This document shows positions 53,389 through 64,000 of a stretch of DNA of 64,000 nt, piece by piece. The position numbers were made by a program, and so were the translations under genes. The number at the start of each line of letters is the position of its first letter. The first letter of the stretch is position 1. Source of the DNA: Balanoglossus misakiensis (Eukaryota; Animalia; Hemichordata); assembly GCA_040954595.2 (NCBI GenBank), contig CM082591.2, positions 4,929,009-4,993,008 on the forward strand. The letters run 5' to 3'. The notes beneath the pieces were generated by a model that worked only from the letters and a program-made list of their open reading frames with translations, searched no databases and was not told the DNA's origin.

Positions 53389-54299
53389 AAACAAAACGAA
53401 TCCAAAATACATGTCTATGTTTCTCCGATAGAACAAAACGGAAGGGCAGCTGAAATGACAGAAAGTCCCGAATGTAGGTGAACGTCAATTGGATTTTATG
53501 CAATGTTCTCGAATTTGCTCGAGTTTTAAATAATTACATATCGTCTGGAACAGATCATGGACTCCATTTTCTGTCTAAAGATCTTCATAGCAGAGTGGCT
53601 TTAAAATTTATTGAGCCGACATGTGACAAAATTAACAATTTTCGAAATAGCTATAATTGCCCCTGATGACTCCTTTGGTGTTTAATATAAAGTCTAGACT
53701 TGACTCCTATTTATGTGAGAAAACTGACACTATCATGATGTTTATTGGACATACTCCTGCGTGTGTCAAGTTAAGGCAGAAAGAGAATTTCTCTTTATCT
53801 GTGGTTTAGGTGTCAGCTTAACAAGAAACAAACAAACTGATTGACAGGAATTTGGAACTTGGAATGTGTAAGGGAACATGAATGTGTGAATAAGATAACA
53901 TGACAAAGTCATAACCTCAACTGCACATATCTGTGACCATGGGACTATTACCTAAGTGTGTCCAAATCTATTGCATAATGAATGCAGCAAAAACAAGATT
54001 ATCTCCCCTTGTCCTTCCATATTATCGGAAAATACTGAGGTTGTGGATGTACGTTTCTGCACCGAATCGTCTTACATATTGATTGCATGACTCGGCACTG
54101 CTTCTCTATTATCGTTCAAAATGCCAAGACAGTTATTATTTACATATTAAATGCCAGTCTGGTGGTGATATTCCCGGACAATTTGAAAGCCTGCTTAAAA
54201 TCTGTCATCTGAACAGCAATAAAATCAAATACTAGTATGAGAATTCTATCAAATACAAAATAAACCACGATGCCAATGTGTACATAAGGTCCTGCACGG

Positions 54300-54655
54300 C
54301 CATGTTGCCAGGTGACAAAGTATTCGGCGACAGTTCGTGTCGTTACCGTGTCTTACGTAACCCCATGTTCCTTCGTCGATATCTCATATGTACAATCAAC
54401 TCCCACGCCGATGAAAACAAACTCGATTTGTTAATAATTATCGCAGAGTCCGTGCAAATCTGCGCCATCTCCGCCGCGCCACAGCCTCGACCAATCACCG
54501 CCGTCCAACATCATCATTGACCAATCATAACTCGACAAACGACAGGCGTTGATATTGCAGGGTATATCTTGTGATGCCTTCAACGAAGTTTTAGACATTC
54601 ACTCCAGGACCTGCTAGCAGATCAATTCGACATACCCTACGGAATAACTTACCAG
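54300..54655 (+). promoter_or_regulatory. Promoter and non-coding exon 1 of RS-repeat gene A
   Basis: gttgccaggtga at 54304, gtgcaaat at 54452, CCAAT at 54491 and 54521, tatat at 54563, donor accag|gtaag at 54655; colinear with 57640-57932. Confidence 0.75.
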
Positions 54656-55086
54656 GTAAGTCTATCTCATCGTAACACGTTTCTCAGTAGTACTCAGAAG
54701 TTGAAATGGAAAACAATAAGCTTTCGGTGTAAAGTTGCAATTGTTCTGTTCTAAGCCTATATAAGATGTGCCGTCTTGTTTTCGTCATGATTTCTTGTTC
54801 GGTGTTTTTGACACGGACTTAGAAGGAATGAAAATTTCACTGATAATAAAAATAATTGAATGTTATTTTCTAGAACAAACGAACATGTTTCATCGATCTC
54901 TCACTTGATCAGGTTTTAAAAACATCAGTCTATTTTAACTATTGCAAACAACTTCCATTAGTACCGTATGATTTTTAAAATGCCCTATACGCCTACTTTA
55001 CTACAAAGGGACATTTTGCTACTTTGGTAGTACCAGAATATCTTATTAAACTATATTTTATTTTCCCTTTTCTGCATCTAGGCAAC

Positions 55087-55308
55087 ATGTTTCGCAGAGG
55101 ATCGCGCTCAAGGTCACGATCTCGCTCCAGATCTCGTTCTCTCTCGCCAGGAGCCCGCGCCGCCTTGGCAGCTGCAGTGATCGTCGCTAGAAACACCTCC
55201 AGATCCCGTTCAAGATCTCGTTCTTTTTCCCCACTGAGGGATCGTTCCCGATCAAGATCTCGCTCCCGTTCCCGCTCCCGCTCGCCACCACGCCTGCTGG
55301 ATGACTAA
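55087..55308 (+). CDS. Small Arg/Ser-repeat basic protein A (73 aa), putative protamine-like sperm nuclear basic protein
   Basis: Acceptor at 55081, ATG 55087, MFRRG(SR)6SLSPGARAALAAAVIVARNT(SR)4S..PPRLLDD*. Mixed synonymous codons; AATAAA at ~55937; paralog at 59100. Function is inferred. Confidence 0.75.
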   Translation: MFRRGSRSRSRSRSRSRSLSPGARAALAAAVIVARNTSRSRSRSRSFSPLRDRSRSRSRSRSRSRSPPRLLDD

Positions 55309-56189
55309 GAAGCACCTGGCTTTTGACTTTAATGTAGAGTAGAACAATGTGTTACGTAACTGTTTATGCAAAATGATGATTACTGTACTGTGACTGTAGT
55401 TTCAAACGTAGAGTAGTTGCTGATGTGCCAGTACTAACATTGCAAGAACTGTTCGGAACCTTGCAAGAGAAAATCCTTGCTAACTTGTCGCGGATCATGG
55501 AAGGGTTCTGAAGACAGCATTTCAGAAGTGGTGATTCAATAACCACAGAGGGCGTGCCATACCGGACTGAGCCGCTATCGACCACGACATCATATGATTT
55601 CCGCTGATATTTTCTCTCGGGATTTACTGTCCACTTAAAGACGGCGCCACCAACTACTGATAATGTGAAGTGTTTCAACTCATCGTCAGCCACAACCCAA
55701 CACACGACCGAAGCTTGTATACCTACTTAAACTTTAGACTGGCCTAAGTTTTTGGAAACAGGACTCAACTATTCTTCAAACTCAAGATCTGTGAATTCAC
55801 TTGACCGACTGGTACCTGTTACGCAACTCTCGATTGATATTTCATCCATTTTACACCAGAAGGAAGATTTTATTCATTAATTCGTATAATTATAATAGTC
55901 ACTGTATTATGTAAAGATATTTCGTTATGTGAAAACAATAAACATCAGGTTGAACATATGAACAAATATTATTGTGATTTCATTCCTAATTGAGATATCC
56001 CTAATGCCTTTATATTTGTCAAGTATTGTTTGTTTTAGCAATTCGCAAATATTTGCGAGATCACGTTATTAAAATACAGAGAGATTAAATGATATGGAGG
56101 TAGTCACGTTGAATCAACAGTCCATGATTCTCTGAGTCATCCTCCCACCCTCCCCTCAAGGGTATATGTCCACTTGCGCCCACTGTTCT

Positions 56190-56202
56190 GGGGGGGGGGG
56201 GG
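56190..56202. repeat. Poly-G tract (a poly-C tract also occurs at 2947-2963)
   Basis: Directly visible. Confidence 0.8.
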
Positions 56203-57639
56203 TACTATCTAACGCCAGTTGGCTGTGCAGGTATGTGATGACTGCATTTGTTCCGATTTTCGCGTTGGCTTAGCAACGGGTACCGTTCAGGTGTGGAACC
56301 AGGTCATGTTTTGACCATGTTTGGGGTGTGTGCGTGCATGGTAACGGGTTTGTTGTGGGCGAGGTACAGGTCATCACTTCTGTCACAGTACACACATACA
56401 CACAATTTGTTTTCCAGATAGAGGAAGCGGGGATGGGTTAAGTTAATTTGGGCTGTCGGTTTTAATTAATTGTGCGATTAACGTTATTGACTATTTCTTC
56501 TCTATAGGTGAAAATAGGTGAAAAATGCTGACTCAGCAGCTTTTGAAGTTGTTCCTGTATTTGAATGGAAGCTTTGATAACTGACCATACAAAGGAGGAA
56601 CAGATATCTGGGATTAAAGTAAATTATAATACTTTAATGGCACTTACTATAAATGCGACCAATCTGACCTCTTAGTCTGTGCTATAATCCCCTAAAGACA
56701 ACTTGAGTTCAATACCAACGCCTAGTTAGCCATTCTGTCGGAGTGATAGAATGATATCGTATTGCCCTATTTAAATCTCAGTTAGGGAGGTATAAATTTT
56801 AAGTGACCACATTCGTGACCCCTGTTTGACCTGACACCCTCAGGCTGGTATCTCGTTGCTGTGTGTATGTTATCGCTTTGATCAGAGATGAGCCGAAGTC
56901 ACAATTAGAGTACGACAGGGCACATAGCCCGGTTGACACGATGAGTTCCATATCAAAATCGTGGACCAATGTAACAACACGGTGGACCAATAACACCAAG
57001 ACAGAGTATTACCAATTAATGGTAATACAAATTGAAAACATCAAATCACAAGCATAGGGTTTCAATCAATAGCCCAGAACAACAATAGATACATCGTGTT
57101 GCAACGTGGCTGCCCTAACCACCGACACAGAGTTCTGACCTAAGACAACAACGAACCGGTTTATCCCGGTTGTTCGAGATTCCAATTGGAGATCCTTATC
57201 GAATACAGTAAGCGGCGCAACTGTGTGTGCAGTTATCTCACATGCAGAGTGAAGTAAAACGAACACCGTTTTGTTAATTATTATTGAAGTATTAACCCCT
57301 ACTCATCTTCCGCGTGCCTGTCAGATTCGTACATCTCCTGATAGCTGTCACCCCCCAAAATTTGAGAATAAACACATTGAAACACTGGCTAGATTACACG
57401 TCACACCTGTACACCAACATTAGCCTAGCTCGCGCCAAAAAGCCTGCGTAACCTACAACAACCACTTGGTAAAGTGAAGGAGGCTTGATTAACTAAATCT
57501 CATTAAATTTAGCTAATCCTTTGATTGAGACATCTTTTGAAATCCTGTCTGTGCAGCGTATATGAATTGAACATGATATCAAAATGGGGAACTTAAAATA
57601 TTAAAGTGTGCGTGGTTAAGGGCAACGATAGAATAACAA

Positions 57640-57932
57640 CGTTGCCAGGTGATCGATATTAGCTGAGGACAGGTGACTGGATGAGGCCATGATGTTATCT
57701 TCTAGTTTGACAAAATTAATGATTATTGGAGGTATCGTGCAAATCTGTGCTATCTCCCGCGAGTCATACACGACACTGACCAATCACCGTCGGCAGACAT
57801 CATCACCGGCCAATCAAATTCCACCAAGCGACGCCTATTTGTCAGGCTATATTTTGCAGTGTTTTCGGTTGCTTTGGACACTCGCCACCGGAGCGGACTG
57901 AGCAAGCTGTCCTTGCGGGAATAACATACCAG
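57640..57932 (+). promoter_or_regulatory. Promoter and non-coding exon 1 of RS-repeat gene B
   Basis: gttgccaggtga at 57641, gtgcaaat at 57737, CCAAT at 57780 and 57810, tatatttt at 57848, donor accag|gtatg at 57932. Confidence 0.75.
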
Positions 57933-59099
57933 GTATGCTACTAGTGACTGAATTCTTTTTGGCCCCTACTCTAAGTATACTCACATCTCATGGCTGTGTT
58001 CGACCCACCCATTTTTTTGTTTTCAGAAGAATTTAAAACGCAGATCTGTGCAACCTCACCAAGTTCATTGGTGTAAACACTTTAATGTTTTTAATTCGTG
58101 TTTGCACTTAAGCTTTTTCCCTACAGTTCCTGTTTCCAATTTGTATTTCGACCGTCAAACGCAGACATGAAATACCAATAAGAATATTATTGATCATTTG
58201 AAGACACACAGCGTTATTTTAAATGATTTTCGATGAACAAAGATGACGCGGAAGTCTTTCTGAAATTATTTTAGATTATTCATTTTCTAAACAAAGGCAC
58301 TCCACAAGTCTGGTGATCTCGCAGCATAGTAAACAGTAGTATTCTAACACTAACGCCGTGAGAAATTTTACTGTACGATAGTATATATAGGTATCAGTAG
58401 CCGTACATTGAATTGTCTCGACATCTTGGTGTCATTTTGGTCAATTTCGAAATATGCTTGAACAATTAGATGTTGATACTTCTCGCCCTTAAAGCGCATA
58501 ATGCCTAAAGTGAACGACTGTTATTTCTTGTGGGTACCACAAATTATCTTTCTACATCAGTGACGTATTGGTGAGCAGGGAATAGGTACGCGCACCTCAC
58601 GCGCAAAGACAAGATAAAGACTGTCCCGTTTAGGGCTCGGTGGATGACGTCGACAATGATGACGTCGGTCGGAGGGTTATCAAAGGGTTATCGGCAGACG
58701 TGTATCTACTTGTAGTGCCGCCAGTACAGATATAACTCAAACTAAATTAATACAATTGTGTGTGGAAACAATGCATTATTGAGATTTATGACAATTCACG
58801 GCGGCCATTTTTTCCATCCCTGGGATATTAAGACAAACTTCTTTGTTTATTATAGGTGACCTACTACCAGTATTTTGGTTTTAGCCTCCGAATTAGAAAT
58901 AGCACACAAGTTCCACTATTTGTTAAACTCTATTCAGTTTTATACAAAGCATGACCTGTACTTGGTCTGAAACCCCTGCTACAATAATTAATTAAGTCTC
59001 ACGAGATTTCGCAAAAAGCGCAAAATGGTCTATTGCCGACGTTATTAATGAGATTCTTCATTTTTCACATTGTTTTCTTTTTTTCGTTCAACAGACACG

Positions 59100-59333
59100 A
59101 TGTATCGCCGAAGAGGATCACGTTCGCGATCAAGATCTCGCTCCAGATCCCGTTCTCTCTCGCCAGATGCCCGCAAAGCTTTGGCAGCCAGAAGGGTCGT
59201 CAGACATGCTTCAAAATCTCGTTCCAGATCCCGATCTCGGTCTCGCTCCAAGTCCAGGTCTCCGCCAAGGTCTCGTTCTCGCTCCCGTTCCCGTTCTCGC
59301 TCCCGTTCCCGTTCTCGCTCTCGCTCCCGTTAG
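59100..59333 (+). CDS. Small Arg/Ser-repeat basic protein B (77 aa), putative protamine-like sperm nuclear basic protein
   Basis: Acceptor at 59094, ATG 59100, MYRRRG(SR)6SLSPDARKALAARRVVRHASK(SR)5SKSRSPPR(SR)10*. 30 of 77 residues are Arg; ATTAAA at ~59856. Function is inferred. Confidence 0.78.
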   Translation: MYRRRGSRSRSRSRSRSRSLSPDARKALAARRVVRHASKSRSRSRSRSRSKSRSPPRSRSRSRSRSRSRSRSRSRSR

Positions 59334-61777
59334 GAGTTTTTAAGCACCATGACAAGGGGAATATCTTCTAGTCTGGAGTAGAACTTTGTAGGCGCCAACT
59401 TTAGATCACATGAGAAATACATGGATTACTTTATCAATGCTGGACCTAGCGAACTAGTACGAGTCAACTTTCCGAAAAACGTCAGAAATATGCAAGAGAA
59501 TATCCTCGCAAAGAGCTCAGCGAAGAAACCAATTAAAGCTTCGATTTTAAACTCTACTGCAATCTCGTAGATGTCGATGGATACAACTGTCCTTTCTTCT
59601 TTCAATGATTCAACGGCCGCAGAGGGCGCTTTCGGTGAACATCTGGATCTGTCTGTCGGAACACTCTAGTCTTTGGCAAATTAATAGGTTTAATTACATT
59701 CCATACGAAATTTCTACTGTACTGTTGTAATAATTTCGTCAGCATTGTCTTGCCTTGACGTCAGGTGTGTTTTCACCTCTATGACATTAGAAATCATAAT
59801 ATTTGTATGTTTGTATGTCTCTCTTTGCTTTCTAGTTGTCACAACTGCATTATGTATTAAAATATCAGTGAAACAAATATCACATGTATGAATGGAAATG
59901 CCTTATTTCAGTGTTAAGCATGCAGACAGCTGCCATTATCATGATTCTACGCATTGCCTTGTATCATGGACACAAAAGTTTTAAACGGAAAAAAATACAA
60001 TGTATATTCATTGCCCCTAAGTACTTCAATGCCATCGAGCGAAAATTGCATTTATCGCAGCAAAATGTTGCCAGATATTACAATACCAGGATGTGAAGTT
60101 ATCCGCGGGAAAGTGTGCATGGTTTAAGATGAGCAATATCATTTTCAAATACATGCATTAAAATATGCACATCTGGGTCAACAACAAAAAAAACACTTAT
60201 ATACGAGTATGACCCACTGTAAACTATTTTACCCTGCCATCTTTCCAACACACTTACTAACTTGTTCCCGCTACCAAACGCATGACCGAACCGAAACTGA
60301 GCTAGTCTGGGTGTGATGACGGGTGACGCGTATTAAAATTAGAAGTCTTGGCTGCGTTTGAGCGCTGTTCACAGTTAACGGCGTTGTCGAAGCGCAATGA
60401 GCTGTGTCATTGGAAGTAATGCGTCTTTAAGTGACCTTATCTTGATTCGTAGTCACGCTTTGATAAAGATTGATTGGCTATCGACACACACGATACTTCA
60501 TAATCTCGACAGGAATGTTTGCGCTATTTTGATTTCTCATGGATATTAATTAGCAAGACTTGCCTAGTATAATCTCACGACGATTTTATAATTATAACTA
60601 TTTACATAACTTGACTTGATAATATGAGGTTTGTGTTCATCGAAAATTAAAAGTGGAAACACAACTAAAGCTTTATTTACGTCTCATCACTTGATTCTCT
60701 TCAAAATGGGTTTGTAAACTTTTACTTTCCGATCCACTGATCGACCGTGCCGCTCCACCTACTCATCAAGATCCAATGTCACGAATGTCAAGGGCGCCCG
60801 GAGTGCCGAAGATAATTGGAGTGACTTTGTTCATTATGACGACAGGGATATTTCATACCTCAACGAACCCTCACCCGTTCCGGGAACTACACTGACTCTC
60901 CTCGGCACGGCTTGCAAATGTAATCAATACACTGAAAGGTCTTCCGTGCCAATTTGTACGGGTGACATTTCCCTCATCTGCAGAGTAAACACGGCCCGTG
61001 TCATTTTTTATACCCCGCAAGATCAATACCTTCTTCGAGACTCGTTCAGCGCAGCCAGATTTCCACAAATCGTCTCCTACCTATTCGCTTTTACAAATCT
61101 CTTCAAAAACAAAATCACACCGTGTATACATCTGTAAAATTATTGAAGGAGATACAGTACTTGAACTAGACGTTGATCAACGTGAAACTATGCACGCACT
61201 TGTTATGGTCGAGTGTGGGCGTGTATACGTCAATGTACGCACCATCTACCCTCTTGACTAGATAAGCTGAAGCCTTTTATAAGTATATCAACAAGCAGTT
61301 GCTCAGTATTCAAGTTCAGATTTTCCCGATCAGTGAAACGAGGATTGTGAAACAAATAGTATATCTTTCAAGCCTTTTCATTCACCATATAGGAACGGAT
61401 GACGTAAATTTAAGTCGGGGTTACCATGATCTTCACAAAAATGTAACTTCCGCACAGATAGCCGTGTATGCCCGGATGTGGGATGTAATTATGATCTAGA
61501 TATAATTTCCTTATCGGTAACAAAAACGACATTATTACCATTGTTATAAAGGAATAAGATGGTCTATTTTTACCACGCTTCTCCAATCATCTTTTATTAA
61601 TTTCCTTTCCAAGGACTTATTTATCAGTGTTGCCAGCCTTTCATTCCTTTAATAACATTTCCGATCGTTTATATGAAAAACTGCCTTTGATAATATACTT
61701 CGCTCATGCTGGTATCCCCTTCACTACAATCCTTGGTTGAACCTGTTTCAATCATTTCCCGTTCATGTAAATGTTTC

Positions 61778-61883
61778 TGTATGTATGTATTGTATGTATG
61801 TATGTATGTATGTATGTATGTATGTATGTATGTATGTATGTATGTATGTATGTATGTATGTATGTATGTATGTATGTATGTAT
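61778..61883. repeat. (GTAT)n microsatellite
   Basis: Directly visible. Confidence 0.95.
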
Positions 61884-62559
61884 CGAACTAATTAACATAT
61901 TAATCAGTTTCTCACATAAGATTTTATAATAAAGGGGGTATTAAAATGGATCAAATGATTTTTCAGGTGGTGTTTTAAACGGAAAATGAACACGTTGAAG
62001 TTGTGTGGATTCGACAAAGTATCACATACGTACCTGCGGTTGGTTATACGAGTTTAGCACCGTTCAAAGTCACGCGGATGAAGTGAATTAGCGAACATCA
62101 CGGCAAAAGAAAGAGTGTGGGGTTGATCTTGTCACTATTAAAGCTACAAGAAATGGGCTACTGATAAGTACTTGTTTAATCAGTTGCTTGGCGGGTATTT
62201 TGATATAATGGCGATGACACGCCACCGTTTTACACGCAATAAAGATATCGACGATGCTCCGTCAGATAACGCGCGCCCAATAAGCGTTTCTGACGTCACC
62301 ACGGGTTATGGTTGTTATTTTAACATATGGTTTATGGTGTTTTCTATTGATCATGGTATACTATGACTCCTAGACCGTTTTGCTTCATCTTTATTTTATA
62401 CATAACTGTTCGCTTGTAGCGATCTTTATCCGGTATGACCGTGAATTTTGACGGGTTGTAATCTGCGCGGATATGGAACCCGTCGACACGAATTTAACGC
62501 CAGCTTAGGAGATCCTATCTACGACATCTCGCGGGACTCCCTCCGCAGTTTGAATCACC

Positions 62560-62838
62560 TCCCGCGAGACCCGCCACCTCAGCGATCGCCCTTGATCAGC
62601 AAGTTGTGCCTGCATTTGCATAAATCATGCAACTTTCGAAGTGGTTGTCCCGTCTGTCGTCATACTGACACGATGGGTGACGTAGACGGCACGTCGTTAC
62701 TGGACTCCAGGAGTGATAAAAAGGGCCCACATTTGCATTTGCCTAATCAGTATCTGCGCACTTTAAGTAACTAAGCACATCACTGCATATACAGGCTATT
62801 CTCACGCTTACCACTCTCTTGCAGCAAGCGTAGTTCAG
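62560..62838 (+). promoter_or_regulatory. Possible promoter / first exon of a gene continuing beyond the window
   Basis: Two perfect octamers ATTTGCAT (62614, 62731), CpG-rich flank and a consensus donor cag|gtaagt at 62838. Confidence 0.4.
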
Positions 62839-64000
62839 GTAAGTCCTAAGATTATTTCTCCTTCTCGATTACAGTTATATAGAAGGGCAAGTCCTTCAGC
62901 GATTTCTCATTTCCCATAACGAGTAGTAAAAGAATAGTGCAGTTCAGTCAATTCCTTCAATGATTTTTCATTCCCAATTACACTTTCATAAAAAGACGTG
63001 TAAATTTACTTTATTAATACACATAGCCTATGGGCAATGTTTGTGTTACTTTCAAAATGTACGCCTAATTATGATTAAAGCAGAAATTACTGAAACAATA
63101 CACAGGGTAGTTTAGCATGTTTTCTTTTACAGTGAAGAAATGTGTTGAAACAGAATGAGAAGACTCCTTGTGTCCTTTGTCCAAAATCCAACCGTAGAAC
63201 GATATTGCTTTTTCGGAATTCAAAGAAACTACTTGTTTTTCAGTATAAATATTTAGAATCAGTTTTCTTTCTACAAAAATTCTTCTATATTGCAAATTTT
63301 TCAACAAATTTTGGCAAAATGTTCAAATTTAAACTACATGTACTTTACTCAATGTTAAGCAATTGCAAACTATGTCTTCCTAAGAGTATTGGAAGAACGT
63401 GAGTTTTTACTAAAATAGTTTGAGAGGGGACTGGTTACCACCCAGTTTTCGAAGAAATTGATCACATAGTTTTTTAACTATAAGATCACGCTATATAACA
63501 GCGGTAATCATCACCGCCTCACTGTGCACGCACGTTTTAGCATCGGATTCGCAATGTTGGTTCAGAGGTGAGGCATATAACGTGCTTATCGGGGAAACTT
63601 TCGCTGAAAACTTCAGACATTTTGCAGCAAGGCGTGATCGGTGTAATTCGCTGACGCAGATTTGTATCCCGTCAAGTGAAAAAACGGTGTCGGATCACGC
63701 CAAGAGCAACCTTCATGATATTTCGCAGAACACCGCAGAACCTTTGAACTGAGAGTGGGTATAGTGGAGTTAATATGTACTTTGTGATAATATGATCTCG
63801 AAAATAGCCTGGAACTATTATTACATTTCACTGTTCTACGTCTATATTCGTTTTAAAAAGCTGCAAATCTAAGATTTTGTTTTTCTGAAAAACAAGCAAT
63901 TGAAAAAATATCAATGCAGTTTTAATACAAGTCAGTATATGTACGATATTCGCTCAAAGGGAATCAGTACAACTTTAGAAAAGGGATGGCGAGTGTACTT

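Noticed and set aside
56500-57300. Short ORFs between the two RS genes
   Set aside because: No recognisable domain or consistent splice frame.
54993-59251. Antisense ORFs with ERDRDLERD repeats
   Set aside because: Reverse-strand reading of the RS codons; the splice and promoter signals are on the + strand.
55024-59333. RS exons as the tail of an SR splicing factor
   Set aside because: No RRM or zinc-finger exons are visible upstream, and each exon has its own ATG 5 nt after the acceptor. Not formally excluded without cDNA.
60700-61500. Slightly GC-richer segment with several short ORFs
   Set aside because: No recognisable motif in the frames I read; could be a decayed element but unsupported.

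Overview
Eukaryotic (animal) genomic DNA, AT-rich, with GT-AG introns and no prokaryotic features. It resembles an invertebrate deuterostome such as a hemichordate or echinoderm; this is an impression only. I assembled 11 spliced protein-coding genes by hand. Four are six-exon tetraspanin paralogs on the minus strand, with EMC10 (+) lying between copies 3 and 4. The rest are a complete SYCP3 (-), two tandem SDR9C-type short-chain dehydrogenases (+), a DEG/ENaC channel (+) with a ~150-aa Gly/Pro/Ser/Thr-rich ectodomain insert, and two small Arg/Ser-repeat genes (+). The best candidate for an undescribed system is the RS-repeat pair (73 and 77 aa). The two copies share a non-coding first exon, a promoter (X-box-like, octamer-like, two CCAAT boxes 30 bp apart, TATA-like) and 3'UTR blocks, consistent with a protamine-like sperm nuclear protein family. 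Non-coding DNA holds several MITE-like families, hairpins and microsatellites. Exon coordinates were read by eye and need RNA-seq confirmation.
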